A stretch of DNA of 58,952 nucleotides, filler included, from Sphacelaria rigidula (taxonomy: Eukaryota): assembly GCA_964200075.2 (NCBI GenBank). It is 8 parts of 8 records of this genome, joined end to end, with 100 filler letters (N's around TTAATTAATTAA, not from the genome) between each part and the next. Parts side by side here need not be neighbours in the genome. Positions count along the whole stretch, not along the records: positions 22,148 to 29,429 come from CAXNAA020015642.1; positions 29,530 to 36,811 come from CAXNAA020015643.1; positions 36,912 to 44,192 come from CAXNAA020015644.1; 5 more parts are not named here. One strand, given 5' to 3'. Below are positions 25,632 through 38,915 of the stretch, one piece after another; the stretch's first letter is position 1, and every line of letters starts with the position of its first letter. Below the pieces are notes generated by a model, which had not been told where the DNA came from, searched no databases, and worked only from the letters and a program-made list of their open reading frames with translations. Made by a program: the position numbers and the translations under genes.

Positions 25632-26509
25632 TTAAGGACACACTCGCACCCAACCGCAAGTCGAGGTGATATGAAAATGGGCTGTGCGAACACGACAACA
25701 GTAGTAGTAGGCGAAGAAGTAGTGTTTTTGTGACATGTTTTAGAGTTCCGTCCGTCCACGTGTCAGGTCGGCCAGGCGCAGTTCCTTTTCAGCTCTGGTT
25801 CGACCCCCGTTTGCCGACAAACGACCTGCACTGTTTGAAGTAGGGGCAGGTGTGCCCCTCCTTCTCCTACTAATATTGCGTTCTCACGGACCCTGCTGTA
25901 TAGAGGGAATTTGCGGAGAGATTCAGTGTCCACAAAAGTGTCCGTTATATTAGTCAGAGATTTCCGCGTTTACACTGGTATCTTATACCCGTGAATGAAG
26001 CAGGCCTTACCGACCAAAACTCCGCTGTCAACAAACAAAAAAATGAACGCGGAGGGATATTCAAGACGTATTGAAGACGTCAAGACGCCATTGACTGGTC
26101 GGACCTGTGCCGCACCTGTGCCGCACCTCTGCCGAACAGAACACACGCTCCATCCCAAGTGATCTAGGTTTAGAACGCGACAGCAATAATTTTTTCATCA
26201 CATTTTTGTCGAGACAGGAAGCAAACCGGCCTGCGGCACTTGACAGCCCCCCGCATACACTGAATCTATTCAGTGTCGCGGCGGATTCGTTCAATTCGCC
26301 GCAGCGGATCCGACAAGCCCAAGAACGTTGCAGAAAACGCGTTTTTTAGTACATTTTGGCAGTCTGCAAAGTTCTGCGGGCTCCGCGGCGCGCGTTACTG
26401 AAATCCGCGGCGACGCTGAATAGTTCTGGTGTATGAAAAGCGCATGCATCAAACCGCAGTCCAATCCTCCTCCAAATCGGGCCCCATTCACGGGCATAAC
26501 TATCAACCG

Positions 26510-26870
26510 GTCGCATAGGTGGCTCAGTTGATAACCCCGAAACCATCCGACTGTTGGGTTGTGGATTCGAATCTTGCTAAAGTCACACGAGCCGAGATTT
26601 GTTCTCACGCGATGCCCAACAAGTGGAGAGCGATCTTGTCGTGGGTACACATAATTCGGCCACACAGTCGACGAGGGAAAGGGATCGCTGAACCGGTCTC
26701 GCGATAAAAATTAAGGCCTGCAGGAGGAGCGTGGAGTACTAATTTAGTTGGAACAAGAAGAAAGAAAGAAGAAATTTCCGCACAGTATTGGCCTTCCTCC
26801 TCTGTGACCCCGGCTGATGGACCCACCTGTACCGAAAAGTGTGGGCTGGCGTCACACGTCCAGAATAATA
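26510..26870 (+). mobile_element. tRNA-derived SINE, near full length, diverged
   Basis: A box TGGCTCAGTTGA, B box GATTCGAATC; body is colinear with 40784-41131. Confidence 0.8.
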
Positions 26871-27311
26871 TACCTCTGTCGCGTAATGTAAGCGAGACTC
26901 GCACATAATAGCGGCATAACTCGGCCCCATCGTACTCTTTTCCTGAAAGTTTTTTTTCTTCAGAGGAACCGCACTGCTGTACAACACACCAAACCGGCCT
27001 CTTTTCGAGGCCCCACCAGAAGAGTTACTTCCACCCCAGCAGAAGTCGCTCGATATCACCACACCAACTTTGTAGCCCCGGTGAAAAGCATTCCTGTCAT
27101 AGAGTGGAGCATGTCTACTGCTTGAGGTGCCTGCCTCTCAGGGGGCGAAACGCAAGAATTTCAGCAGTTCGGAGAGAGATGCGCTGGCTGATCAGGTACC
27201 TTCTTTCAGGCAGCAAAGATGGTTTACAAATTTGCCGGAAATTTGCCGGACCAGGGCATAATAACGCACCATCCCCGCCTGTGTATGTGTTTTTTAATTT
27301 CAATGAGTTTA

Positions 27312-27830
27312 GGCCGCTTCTTACAGACTGAAAGAGACTCTGAGAAAAGTCGTTTTGGTCAGTCTCCAGAGAAGTTTTTCAGAACGCGACCTTGTAGAGC
27401 CATTTTTCATTAAAAAAGTCTCTGGAAATTGGGCACAATTTGCAGACAGCGGGATTTTGACAAGTCTCCCTGCGAAAAGCCATCGATTCGCAGAGACTTT
27501 TTTCAGTCTGCGAATTGTCATTCCATCACACATTCCTCGCACACCGCACCCGGAATAGCACAGTCAGTGCCCCATCACACACTCCTCGCATACAAGCGTA
27601 GTACAGTCAGTGCAAAAGTAGTTGACCATATTGTTTGTACAGTGCAGTGCCAACAACATAGCTGCTGCAGCACTCCGTGCATCCTCTTCATGGCCGTAGA
27701 ACCCTGGACAGGCAGTACAGACAGTGCAGTGTTTTTTTGGCAGCAGAGTTACTACCGTAACATTTCACGATGTCGCCCCTGCCTTTTCTGACTTTTCTCC
27801 GAGACACTTTTCAGTCCAAAAGAAGCGGCC
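27312..27830. mobile_element. PIF/Harbinger (Tourist-like) MITE
   Basis: TTA|GGCCGCTTCTT...AAGAAGCGGCC|TTA, 3-bp TTA TSD. Confidence 0.8.
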
Positions 27831-28656
27831 TTACCTGATCATATACATGAAAAGTTGTTCCATCGTCAACGGTGCCCAAATGGCCTGTTTTTGACTATAC
27901 AACACAAACCTTGCCCACACTACGGGACAGAGGAAGTAGATGGGATGGCAACACACAATCGACACACATATTTCTCGTTGCACACTGCCCAGACAGAACA
28001 GAATGAAGGACATGAGAGGACGGAACTCAGGACAACGGCCGCCGCCGATCCCATCCGACAATCTAATGAAATGTCTCCCCCGCACACTCCAAGTTCCCTG
28101 TTCTCCGTGAAAGGCAGCTGTATGGCTGCTAATCGTATGAAAGTGCTGTACAGTACTTTTTTGTGATCCTCGTTCAAAAAACACTTTTTGGTTATCAAGG
28201 TTGAAGAAATGGGACAGAAATATATTCGATATATGTCATCGGGCGCGGATGAACTATCTCCGAGTGAAGATTAGTTTATTACCGAAATTTTTGAATATTT
28301 ACATAGAAAATTGTGACGCCGGTACCGTTCAAGCGGACGGTTATGGGTCGGAATGGCGGGCGATTTTGGTAACTATATTTCGGGAAAGTCGACCCCGACC
28401 GCTGCTGTATGCGCGGAAGAAGTGGATCGTAATCGGGCGAACCCTCTGAAAAAAAAATACACTCGTCACCTCGAAATGACGAGCGCGCTCATGAAAAGTT
28501 TTTCATTACAGTATATATATACATATATAAAAATTTACTTATACTGCATTCTACAACAAACCTGTGACCGACGTTTCTGTACACCAGTACACAGGGTCAC
28601 AACAATAGGAGAGGACAGAAACTGCTGCTCGTGTTGTGCCCCTCTTGTTGCAGTAT

Positions 28657-28862
28657 TGTAATGCGTGAGAGCACCGCGTGCTTAGAGGACCGCATTGAAA
28701 TTTGAACATCCCTATGTTTAGGGTTAGAGTTAGTGTTGGGGTTATGGTCAGGGGTGTGGTACCTCCAGGGACTGACTCGATTGGTTTTGAAAAAAGTCGA
28801 TCCTGAGTTTTTTTTTAACAACGGCGCGGTCCTCTAAGCACGCGGTCCTCTCACGCATTACA
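28657..28862. mobile_element. Ginger-like MITE with telomere-like repeats, second copy
   Basis: TGTAATGCGTGAGAG...CTCTCACGCATTACA; 4-bp TSD GTAT. Confidence 0.85.
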
Positions 28863-29370
28863 GTATGTTGTTGCGCCGATCGCGCAACGCTTGTAGATCT
28901 CGGCACCAAAGCGAAGGATCGGACTTCGGTTTGTTGCGTGCGCTTTCCACACATCCAAGCTAGGTCCCCAAGTTCTATTATTGCGTTTGCGCGTGATACT
29001 AAGCCGCAACAATCCCGAATACACAAAATAAGGTGTTTTCGGCTCCTGGGGGGGTTTGCCGGTCCGCTGTCGCCACTAGAGCACAACAATGTTCAACCAG
29101 ATTTCCTATCTGTTAGGTGTATGCGGGGTGCTGCAAAGTGCTGTGGGCCGGCTCGCTTCCTGTGTCGAGAACGGCGCGATCTCGAGTGCTATAGCTGTTC
29201 CATACTGAACCACCAAGTCATTAAGTGATGAAGCGTGTGTTCTGTTCGCGAGGGGTGACCACCTACTGACGTGTTTGTTATTTCTCCGCGTTTTTTTCCG
29301 TCGGGTGAATTTTTGGTCGTCAGCCCGCACTTTGTGTGGCAACCAATCCGTGTTTGTACAAATAAAGCCG

Positions 29371-29429
29371 GTCACCCCGGTGGCTCAGTTGGTAACCTCG
29401 TAACCTTCTGATGGTTGAGTTGGGGGGTT
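29371..29429 (+). mobile_element. SINE 5' head (truncated by contig end)
   Basis: GTCACCCCGGTGGCTCAGTTGG..., as at 7186. Confidence 0.75.
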
Positions 29430-29529
29430 NNNNNNNNNNNNNNNNNNNNNNNNNNNNNNNNNNNNNNNNNNNNTTAATTAATTAANNNNNNNNNNNNNNN
29501 NNNNNNNNNNNNNNNNNNNNNNNNNNNNN
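29430..29529. other. Artificial contig linker
   Basis: N44-TTAATTAATTAA-N44. Confidence 0.99.
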
Positions 29530-29636
29530 GCGGGGGGGGGGGGGGGGGGGGGAAGAGGCGTACTCATTTGTTGCTTGCCTTAGTCGTTCGACCATTGTCC
29601 ATGCATCCCTTTCGAGACGGAGCACACTAAAATGGG
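29530..29636 (-). mobile_element. LINE 3' end with poly(C) tail
   Basis: Reverse complement ...CGACTAAGGCAAGCAACAAATGAGTACGCCTCTT-C-run matches 4840-4921. Confidence 0.7.
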
Positions 29637-29887
29637 GTTTAACCTATGACGAAAATACGCCGTTATGTTGAGTTGATAGTGATGATATGGATAATGACTG
29701 GAGGCACGGAGATTCTGTAGGGTTCTGGATAATGACCGGGGGTACGGAGATGGTATTTGTAGGTCTAGAAAGCTGGTGCCCTAGAGGGTTACTCCTGAAT
29801 AAGGAGAATGTTGTGATTGCTGACAACTGAAACTGAGGCCAGTAAGACTGGGGAGTCCCTCAACAGCAATGATTCAGCAGTGCTTCC

Positions 29888-30133
29888 GAGTCATCCTACG
29901 ATAGGGGGGGGTATTTGATTGCACAAAAAAAAAGGCCCATAAGGGTGTCAGACGATCTGCTACACTCGCGATGCGCTTGTTTTTGGTTCAAAGCGGTGTC
30001 GATCGGTATGAATGTTACGTATCGAAAACAAAATCATTCGAGCAACCGTTGTTGCTTTCAACGACGATTTGACGTGAAATTTCGTGCAAGAAGTGGCCCA
30101 AAATACCCCTCCCCCCCTATCGTAGGATGACTC
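29888..30133. mobile_element. Sola-like MITE (GAG...CTC TIRs, TTCC TSD) inside the 5' LTR
   Basis: TTCC|GAGTCATCCTACGATAGGGGGGGG...CCCCCCCTATCGTAGGATGACTC|TTCC; absent from the 3' LTR. Confidence 0.88.
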
Positions 30134-30489
30134 TTCCACTGGCTGGCGTCACAACATCGATATTAGTGCTGGTGCTAGTGTTAGTGCCAGAAACCTGCTG
30201 GAAAGAATTTCGGTAGGAGTCTGGTAGCTGTGGAAACCTGATACACCACGGACGCGTGCAGAGGGTACCAGCTGAGGCCGCTGCAGAAAGGCGGCTGGCC
30301 TGTGATTGATCCAGACTGGAGACTTGCTGAAGCTGCGTGCAGCGGAAGTTTGGAGGCTCCTACGACTGTGTGGTGCGGCGACGAGGCAAGAAAGTGTGCA
30401 ATTCGCGAAAGTCTGCTGGCCTGTGAAAGTTCGCAGGTAGCAGGTTGCAGCTACGCGTATTGCGACCGGTCGTGTACTACGACCAGCGT

Positions 30490-30901
30490 GACGCCCGTGC
30501 TTATGCGGGAAGAGTTTCGACCTCCCCAATACAGGGATAGGTACTCAGAGAGTGCATATCGCACATTAATTACGAAGTACTTTCAGTACAAGAAGCGTGT
30601 GAAGCACGCTAACACAGGGGGTGCTGTGCGGCATCAGGTGGTGCCAATGGCTCAACAAGTGCCAACTCATGTGCAGAGAGTGTTTGCTCGTTTGGAGTAA
30701 CAAAAGATCACAACCACCCCGCCGCAGTTGGTTACGGCGATCAGAAAACATACTGGCCATGCGGCGGGCACTCACCACTGTTGTGACCAGGTCGGCCATT
30801 ACGCGCGCGATTGCCCAACGTCTTCCGGTGAAGAGAGTCTGGGCAGTCTCATGCCGCGCGCCATCAGCATCGTCAGCACTGGGGCAAAAGACGAGGTAAT
30901 C

Positions 30902-30935
<34 letters not shown>

Positions 30936-31720
30936 ATCCTCCGGTGGTGGAGGGTCCCAGTCGAGTCCTCAGCAACAGCAGCAGCAGAAGCAGCAGAAGC
31001 AGAAGCAGCAGGGGCAGAAGCAGCGGTGTCAGTGTGGGTCTCGTTCTGAGTTCGGCGCCGCTATAGGTGCTGCTGCTCCGCAACGGGCGGTGCAGGTGGG
31101 ACCGACTTCTGCAGTGTCGAACACTGCGCTGGTGCCGATGGTGGCGGCGGTGGCGACACCGGCAGCAGCGGCAGGCGCGACGCCTGCTGACGCGCTGGTC
31201 GGAGGTTCGCCAAATTCTTGGTCTGCTGGCTGGGGGTCATACCCGCCGGCGGTGCCGTTTGAACCTGCCGGGGCGTCTTCGCCTGCGCAGCTTGCGCAGC
31301 CGTGGTCAAGTGGGATTCGCGGCGCATCGGTCGGCGAGTAAAGGGTCAGTGGAGTCTGCGCACAACGACGTTCCTGCGGAGCTGTGTCTCTCAAATCAAC
31401 GGGAGCGTGGCCCCATTGCGGTTCAGGCTAAGTGGGGTTCTGGCGCCCACTTGACGGATCATGTGAGTCTGTCGGTACAGGTTGTAGAGACGTTGGAGCG
31501 TCTTCTCCCGGGTGTGCCACTGCACATTCCTTTTTCGCTCGGGGCGCGGCAGGCAGTCACCGCGTCGTGTCAGCATGATTACGTCATAGAGCGTGCTGTT
31601 CCGCTGCAACTGGCTTTCGCGACTTCCTGGGGGCCGGCGTAGTTGCCTCCGATCTCGTTTGCGATCATGCCGGGCTCGGATGGCTTTATTCGTCTGGGGT
31701 TGCCGATGGTTTAGGATATT
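30490..31720 (+). pseudogene. gag: gypsy gag and protease region, frameshifted
   Basis: Gag N-terminus, knuckle HHCCDQVGHYARDCP, low-complexity linker and a protease-like segment. Confidence 0.7.
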
Positions 31721-31738
31721 GGAGTCAACCCTCGGTGG

Positions 31739-34054
31739 TTGCGGGACTCCATGAAGACGCGGATGTCTCCGCCTGGTCCGCGCTTGGAGACGCCCGTCCT
31801 TTTGGGCAGTCGTCGCGCGAGTTTGTCGGTGGATGCTTTTCAGGAGGCTGGAAGGCAGGTGACCGAGGAGCGGGATGCGGCGGTTGAACGCTTAGTAGAG
31901 CGCGGCTCGGAGATGTTAATGATTGCGGCGGAAGAGGAGTCCGCTCCGAAGGTCGCGCTGGAGAAGAGCATGACGGATGCTGAGGCAACAGGCCTCAGCG
32001 TCTTGAAAGCGGAGCTCCTGCGCGGGATATTGCATTGCCGCGTCAACGCGTTTCGTCGGGCGCTGCGTTGTGATCCCCCTACGCGCGTGGAGCCCATGCG
32101 TGTTCAGCTAAAACCTGAGGCGTCCACGGTGAAGACGAAGCCGCGGCGGTACGATCCAGTGAAGTCGAGTTGGTTGGCGTTGTGCATAGCGGCTCTTTTG
32201 GCGCTCGGGTTGGTGTTGATGAATTTGCAGGCGGGGTGCTCCAGTCCAGTTATGGCGTTTTCAAAGCAAGCTGCATCGTCGACGGAGGGCAGGCTGCAGG
32301 CGTGGGCGGTAGCAAAGGATCTGGTGGCTCATGCCGTGACGCTGTTCCATCCTCGTCCTGATTGTCAGATGTCAATATTTCCGAATGCATTTAAGTGCCA
32401 TGGGAGTAGTTTGGTCATGCAGGTGCTTACAGTTGAAATAGTAATGGCTGTGCGCGCTGTGGCTGTGTATGGTCCGTTTGAACCTGATGACTCGATGCCG
32501 TCCAAATCTGTCGTCCGCCAAGCACAACGAAAAGGCCTTGAGGCCGAAGATGCCGGTGTGCAATCTTTCGAGTCGGACGTTGGTACTGCTATCTTGAACA
32601 GTGAAGGTCTGTTTCGTGTGCATGTGCGTGGCCGAAACATTTGGTGGATTCCGAGTTCTGACAAGCAGTTGCAGGTGCGTCTGATGATTTGCGCGCACAA
32701 GCGCGACGCCCGGCATCGCGGTGTAGCTGCGACGCTCGTGCGCTTGCAAGAGGTTTGTGTCTGGCAGGGAATAGAAACTCATGTGCGCCAATTTGTCCGC
32801 CAGTGTCTTTAATGTGCTGACTCCAGGGCGGGCGATGCTGTTCCCCGCCCGCTCGGCGAAACGGTCCATGGGACCACGCCGAGTGAAGTCGTTCATCTTG
32901 ACTTCTTGTACGTGGGCGAGAGTGGCCCTCTTGCTTCCCAAGGTTTGTCGGGGGATGCTGGGTTTCGATACATTTTGGTAATCATGGATGCTTTGAGCAA
33001 CTTTGTGGCTCTGGAACCAGCAGCAGTGTGTACTGCTGAATCGACCGCTGCATCTTTGCTGAATTGGTGCAAAACTTTGGGGGTGCCGCGTGTGTGTGGG
33101 TGAGTGATACCGCCACGCATTTCAAGAATGCGATCTTGGCCCGATTGCGAGAGGCTTTGCGCGTTGATCACCAGTTTGCGGTAGCGTATTCTCCGTGGTC
33201 TTACGGTACGTGCGAACGCATGGTCAAGGAAGTAGTTCGTGCTCTTCGCTCTATTCTTCTCGGGCAGCGTAGAGTGGTTTCCGAGTGGGTGGACGTGTTG
33301 CCCGCGGTGCAATGGGCGCTTAATACAGCGTATCGTCGTCGTTACGATAGTACGCCGTACCACATGATGTTGGGTCGTGCCCCTCGGATGTCTTTCTCGG
33401 TGCTGGTATCTTCGTCGGCGGGGGAATGGAAGTGTGATGTTCTGGACGATGCTCAAACTTAAGAGTGCATTGCAAGGAGTCTTGCACTTGCAAGAATGTT
33501 CCCACGTTCAAGTGCAGGAACGTGTTGCCGCTGAACGTGCGCGTAGACGTGAGGGGTCCTTGTCGGGGCTGGAATTGCCGATTTTTGAGGTAGGCGACTA
33601 TGTCTTGTATGCACGCGTGCGTCATTCGGGGGTTACGCGCAAGTTGATGACGACGTGGACTGGTTCATGGAGAATGGTTGGTGCTCACCACCCGGACGTG
33701 TTTAAGATTCAGAACAGTGTTTCGGGTCGTGTTCAGACCGCTCACGTAGCTCGTTTGCGTTTCCATGTAGACTGGCAGCTCAATGTTACGGCTGACGTCA
33801 AGGACGTGTTCCAGCGTGCTTTCTATCAGAGGTAATTTCAGATGGTTGGTATTGTCCGAGTGGCAGAAGCAGATGATCGCTCGTTGATCGTGTTGGTCGA
33901 CTGGGTTGGTTTCGAAGTTGAGGAGCGTACGTGGGAGCCTTTTGAGGATATTTTTGAGGCTTCTCCGAAATTTCTTACCAAGGAGTTGCGTAAATTGAGT
34001 GTGACTCGTGCCGTTGCTGCTCGCATTACGAGAGAGTTTGGTATTCAATTGTGA
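31739..34054 (+). pseudogene. pol: gypsy pol remnant: partial RT, integrase, chromodomain
   Basis: AHKRDARHRG...VRQCL*C zinc finger; HLDFLYVG, DTATHFKN and YSPWSYGTCERM integrase core; VLVDWVGFEVEERTWEPF chromodomain; stops and frameshifts. Confidence 0.9.
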
Positions 34055-36261
34055 CTTACTCATCGTTTAGGCGTTTTCTATGTGTCAAGCTTGTTGATCG
34101 ATTTTCGTCCAACGCGCTTCGAGGGTGTTGTTACGAAAATACGCCGTTACGTTGAGTTGATAGTGATGATATGAAACCTGATCAGGGGCACGGAGATTCT
34201 AGAGGGTTCTGGATAATAACCGGGGACACGGAGATGGTATCTGTAGGTCTAGAAAGCTGGTGCCCTGAAAGGTTACTCCTGAATAATGAGAATGCTGTAA
34301 AGGCTGACAACTGAAACTGAGGCCAGTAAGACTGGGGAGTCACTCAACAGCAGTGATCCAGCAGTTCTTTCAATCGCTGGCGTCACCAAGCCCAATTCGA
34401 AAAATCGAGAATTCACGCCAATCAGTATCACCACGGGGAACCATCTTCGCAGGCAGAGTTTCCATTGCAGTTACGCCGGTGTGGTTAGGTACACCAAAAG
34501 AATGCTGTGCACACGCGTGTCGAAGACGATATCTCCAGAGGAGCAATGGCGGAAAGGAGGCTCCTCGCCGGTGTCTCGCGTGCGTCCTCGTTCGGCGATT
34601 CCCAATCGCTGCAGAAATCGGCATCATGTATAGTACCAGCACATACCTCGGTTGCCATGTGTTGGCAGGCGGGTAGCACAGCGGCGAAAATAAGATCGCG
34701 GGATGCCCCTGTTGTCGTCTCCTGTCTGTGGCGCTGGCCAGTGAAACTATCGATCTCTCCCTGCCTCTCTGCTTGGATAGGAAGTGCCTCTGTGCGTAGT
34801 AGAACCCGTCGTCGAAAAGTAGGTCGATATTCCCGTCACCGCTACTGTTGTCTCTCACACATATCCGAGCAAGGATGGCTGAGCCTTTGCGGCAAGATCT
34901 AAGAATCGGCAGCTGGGGGGTGGGTGTTGTTGCAGTGACTGTCGTTGATTTCACCCGACGTCTGCGGAACAAGGACACAACAGACAGGCTGCCACCCCCT
35001 AGTTGGGGAGATGGGTGTATGAGAGATCAAACACGAATGTCGACCTTCTTGGTGTGCAGAGTAAAAGAAGATACCTCGTGTGGGTGACCTAACTTCTGCT
35101 GGCGTGACCGAAATCAGGGCTGAGATCCTGTACTTGAGCTTCTCTGCTGTCACCCGGTCGCATGCATGGTGGGGGTGTCGTGGGGGTGTCTGTCGCTCAA
35201 AATTGTCACATGAGGAGAGTCATCCTAAGCTGAGGCGAGATATGGCTAGGAACAGGGGTGTCCTCTGATTAACCACCTGGAATTGCATTCCTGAACATCG
35301 CCGTTAAGCGCTGACCAGGAAGGTCTTGCCTGAGAACGTCTTTCGAGCAAGGACAGGCAGAGGTAGGCATTCGGTTCAGCCCGGAATGTCGCTGCGAATT
35401 CGTTGCTGCATGTACGGTACGACTGCCTGCAGCGGTTCGATTGTACAAGCCTTCTACTACTGTAGAGTCTCGCTCCCCTCAAGCGGAGTTGATTCTTCTT
35501 CCACTGTGGAGCATCCTCCCCCCCAGTAGCAGAGCTGATACCCTCACATCCTCCCCCCCAGTAGCAGAGCTGATACCCTCACGTCGAGTAGCGGAGCTGA
35601 GGTACTGCTACTGTAGAGTCTCGTTTCCCTACGCACGAAATCGTTTTTTTTCCCGCTGTGGAGACCCCGATTGTCGGCACAGCCTACGCGCCAGAAATGG
35701 GTGTTTGGTACCGTCCCTCCAGTGTTGGCTTACAGTATATCTCCATCGGGGAGTTGCATCTCCCCCCCTTTGTGCCTGTATCCAGCCCGCTTCCCTTACA
35801 AACGTTATCACTACCCCCTAGGTGTTAGTGTCCAGCCTACTTCCTCGGCAAGCGGGGTACCTTTTGTGCGGACTGCCTCGGGTGTACAGCTTTTGCAACC
35901 GCCGACGATGTCCCTCGCCGTCAAGGGGCGTGATGAAGTTAATACCGTCACCGTCCCGTTGAAATCTCCTCAGCCGCTGAATTATGTGGTAGAATCAGAT
36001 TCGTTACCGAAGTCACCGCTACCGTCAACCTCGTCAATACCGCCGCCGTCGCCGCCAATATATGATGTGATGGTATCGGAGCCCCCCGGGCCACTACCGC
36101 TCCCGCATACTCTGCCGAGTTTATCGATATCGTCGCCCACAACTCCGCATCCGATACGGTTGCGCCGACCCCATCAATACCATCGACGACAACCCTGCGT
36201 TAGACGTTATTACCGCCGACTTCATCGCCTCCGTCACCGACGACGCGTCAGTCGCCGGTAG

Positions 36262-36445
36262 CATCTACTGCGCCGACATCGCGTCAGCCGCTGTCGCTAC
36301 CACCTACTTCGCCGACAGCGTGTCAGCCACTGTCGCGACCATTTACTGCACCGACAGCGCGTCAGCCGCTGCCGCTACCACCTACCTCACCAACAACTTG
36401 TCAGCCACTGCCACCACCGTTCACTTCGCCGATAACGTCGCCGCT
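36262..36445. repeat. Degenerate 39-bp minisatellite (4-5 units)
   Basis: GTCAGCC(G/A)CTG(T/C)C recurs at 39-bp spacing. Confidence 0.65.
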
Positions 36446-36744
36446 GCTGACAAAGCAAAGGGTGAGACTCGAGCCGCCGCCGTCGCCGCCGACGCCGACG
36501 CCCTCATCAATATCACCGTCGGCGATTCCGCGACCGATACCATTGCCGCCGACTCCGCCCGTAACACCACCAACGGCACAAAAGCAACCGTTGCCGCTGC
36601 CGCCGACTCTGTCGGCAACATCTTACTACGCATGGCGTTGTCGGTGCCCGGCGAATAGAGCAGGGGGGCGCGGAGGCATTCCGATGCGATCGAGTATGGC
36701 GAGCCAAGGGGGCAGGGGGGCACTAGAACGACTTGGGGATACAG

Positions 36745-36811
36745 TGTGTGTTGTGTGTTGCCGTCCCATTTATTCTGGGCACCAGTCTACACCTTTCGGT
36801 GTATGTGGGTG
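36745..36811 (-). mobile_element. SINE 3' end (truncated by contig end)
   Basis: TGTGTTGCCGTCCCATTTATTCTGGGCACCAGTCTACACCTTTCGG matches the reverse complement of the 41075-41131 tail. Confidence 0.8.
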
Positions 36812-36911
36812 NNNNNNNNNNNNNNNNNNNNNNNNNNNNNNNNNNNNNNNNNNNNTTAATTAATTAANNNNNNNNNNNNNNNNNNNNNNNNNNNNNNNNN
36901 NNNNNNNNNNN
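36812..36911. other. Artificial contig linker
   Basis: N44-TTAATTAATTAA-N44. Confidence 0.99.
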
Positions 36912-38915
36912 AAGAACGGTACTCCAGAAAAACTCAGAAAAAAGGACGACTACGAATTCTGAAAACTTCTGACGCTGACTACTATATAGAACATATCCTC
37001 TCGATGAAAATATTACGATGAATAATACCGTACCCCTTATACGGACGACTCCTACGTCGGACAGCTCACAAGCTGCCTATATAATGATTCATAGGAGTTC
37101 ACTGATCCGATCATGAGCGAGCTCACTTGTCCCCCTGTTTCTATATTTGCTCCCTACAACGCTTGATGCCGAGCACGCGGACTAGCGCAAAAATTGCGCT
37201 ATGGCTTCTCCGACCCCGCGGTAACGCAGGACCGACGCATTCGAGCGTTCAAGGTCATATTACCACTTGGCTTATGAAGAACTTCTCGTAAAATTATTCT
37301 CGGAATAACGCCACGAGCTGGGCCAGCCACGAGTAGGTGTGAATCTCGCTCAGGCGACGCACGGCGCGATATTAGGAGTTGGACGCTGAGGTTTTGACAG
37401 CAGCTACTCATGATCGAAATGCAGAAGATCATGGGACCAGCAAAAAAAAGAAGAAGTTATGGGCATTTGAAATTTCAGCTAAAACAAGATAATGCCATAA
37501 GTCCACGAAAAAAGGGAAAATCTGCAGCTAGACACGTGAAGTATCAGTTCCTTGGGTGCAGAAGGTCTTCCTGAGATTTTCAGCTCAAGACTCATCGAAT
37601 TGGGCCGTGCGTGGTCAACATTTTCCGTGACGCTGTTGCACCCCTATAAATCAAGTGATGGGAGACTCCAATTATGGAGGTCATGAGTTCGAATCCCGAC
37701 AGATAAACTTTTTTTTTCGTCCGTCGTTAACGTCATACATTACGCAGTACATTTTTTTTCATTTTTTTTTCTTCATTCAGCGGCGGTGCCGTGTGTCATC
37801 AGGTTGGTCTACACTTCACAGTGATCTGCTTACATCGGGTTCATTCGGGAAACTGGGGAAGCTGTGGTGTGAGCAAGTTTTAGGAGCTTTTCAGCTGGCC
37901 CAGCTCGAAACGCCAACGCCAACGTTAACGCGAACAGTAACGGGTAACGGTAACGGTAATCCCAACCCAAGGCATACCGAGAACCCTCGGGCAAGGGGGG
38001 TGGAAAGGGCTCCTCAGGCGGTGCGGCAGCGTTCGCCCCATTGCCAGATCTCTCTAGGGCAAGTTGTCTCGACTTGGTTGCGCTGTGTGCCACAGCGAGG
38101 GGTTCAGCCGTTGTATAATCCGTAGTTTTTCAAGCTGTTGTACCGTTTGCGTTTTGTTCCGTATTTCGCAGCTTGTTGCGCCGTTTGCCAACGGTCGAGG
38201 GGTGTGTCAATCACTCCTCAGGGATTCTCGAGTCTCCAGGCGGATAGACAGGTAAAAATCAGGGTTGGAAATGCTCTTCGGTCATTTAATTTTGTGCCGT
38301 GCGGTAGGTTGAACGGCGGCTGTGGAAGGCCAAGAGTAGTCACATAGAGGTACACTTCGGACATAATATGGGACAGCACAAGACACAATGAGGTACAAGA
38401 TAAACATAGTACTTTATGCTAGGTATATACCTACCCCGTTGTCTGACAAAGCAGGGTACTCTGCGAGAGCACGTGTTTCCCGCGGAACTGTTTAGCCCTA
38501 AATCCAACATTTTATCGAAAAACTTGGTGCACATGCTCTTCATGGACTGTGGGCGCCGTGTCTCTGCGTCGGGATTGCTTTCCGAGTGGTTTGGGCCTAG
38601 CATGGACAGCTCCAACTTGCGCGGTTACCTGTACCTACTATTGAGGTAAAATAGGTTATGCACCTGATCGATTGATTGTCGCACTCTAACTGATCCCCCA
38701 GGGGTCATGATCCAGCCGTGGTCACATGATAGACGTGCCCAAGAAAAACAAAACTGAAACACTCGCTCAAGAAAAAAAAACGGAACAGAAAAAAGTCGAA
38801 CAAAACAACATACAGTAGTAGACCAACACGTGAAAGAAAAAAAAAAAGTCAACAAAAGCAAAGGACAGAAAGAAATGCCTGCTTCTGTCTTTTTTTGCCC
38901 ATATGAATAACGCAC

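Larger units (their letters stand above)
29645..34387 (+). mobile_element. Ty3/gypsy chromovirus-type LTR retrotransposon, internally deleted and degenerate
   Basis: Direct LTRs 29645-30153 (MITE-interrupted) and 34129-34387 with consensus TGTGAC...GTCACA termini; gag knuckle, RT N-terminus, integrase and chromodomain in gypsy order. Confidence 0.92.

Noticed and set aside
29640-34392. TSD and PBS of the gypsy element
   Set aside because: Flanks TAACC and AAGCC match only 3 of 5, and no clean TGG-initiated PBS follows the LTR
37650-37720. tRNA-like B box GAGTTCGAATCCC followed by a T-run
   Set aside because: No recognisable A box or acceptor stem; probably a decayed repeat
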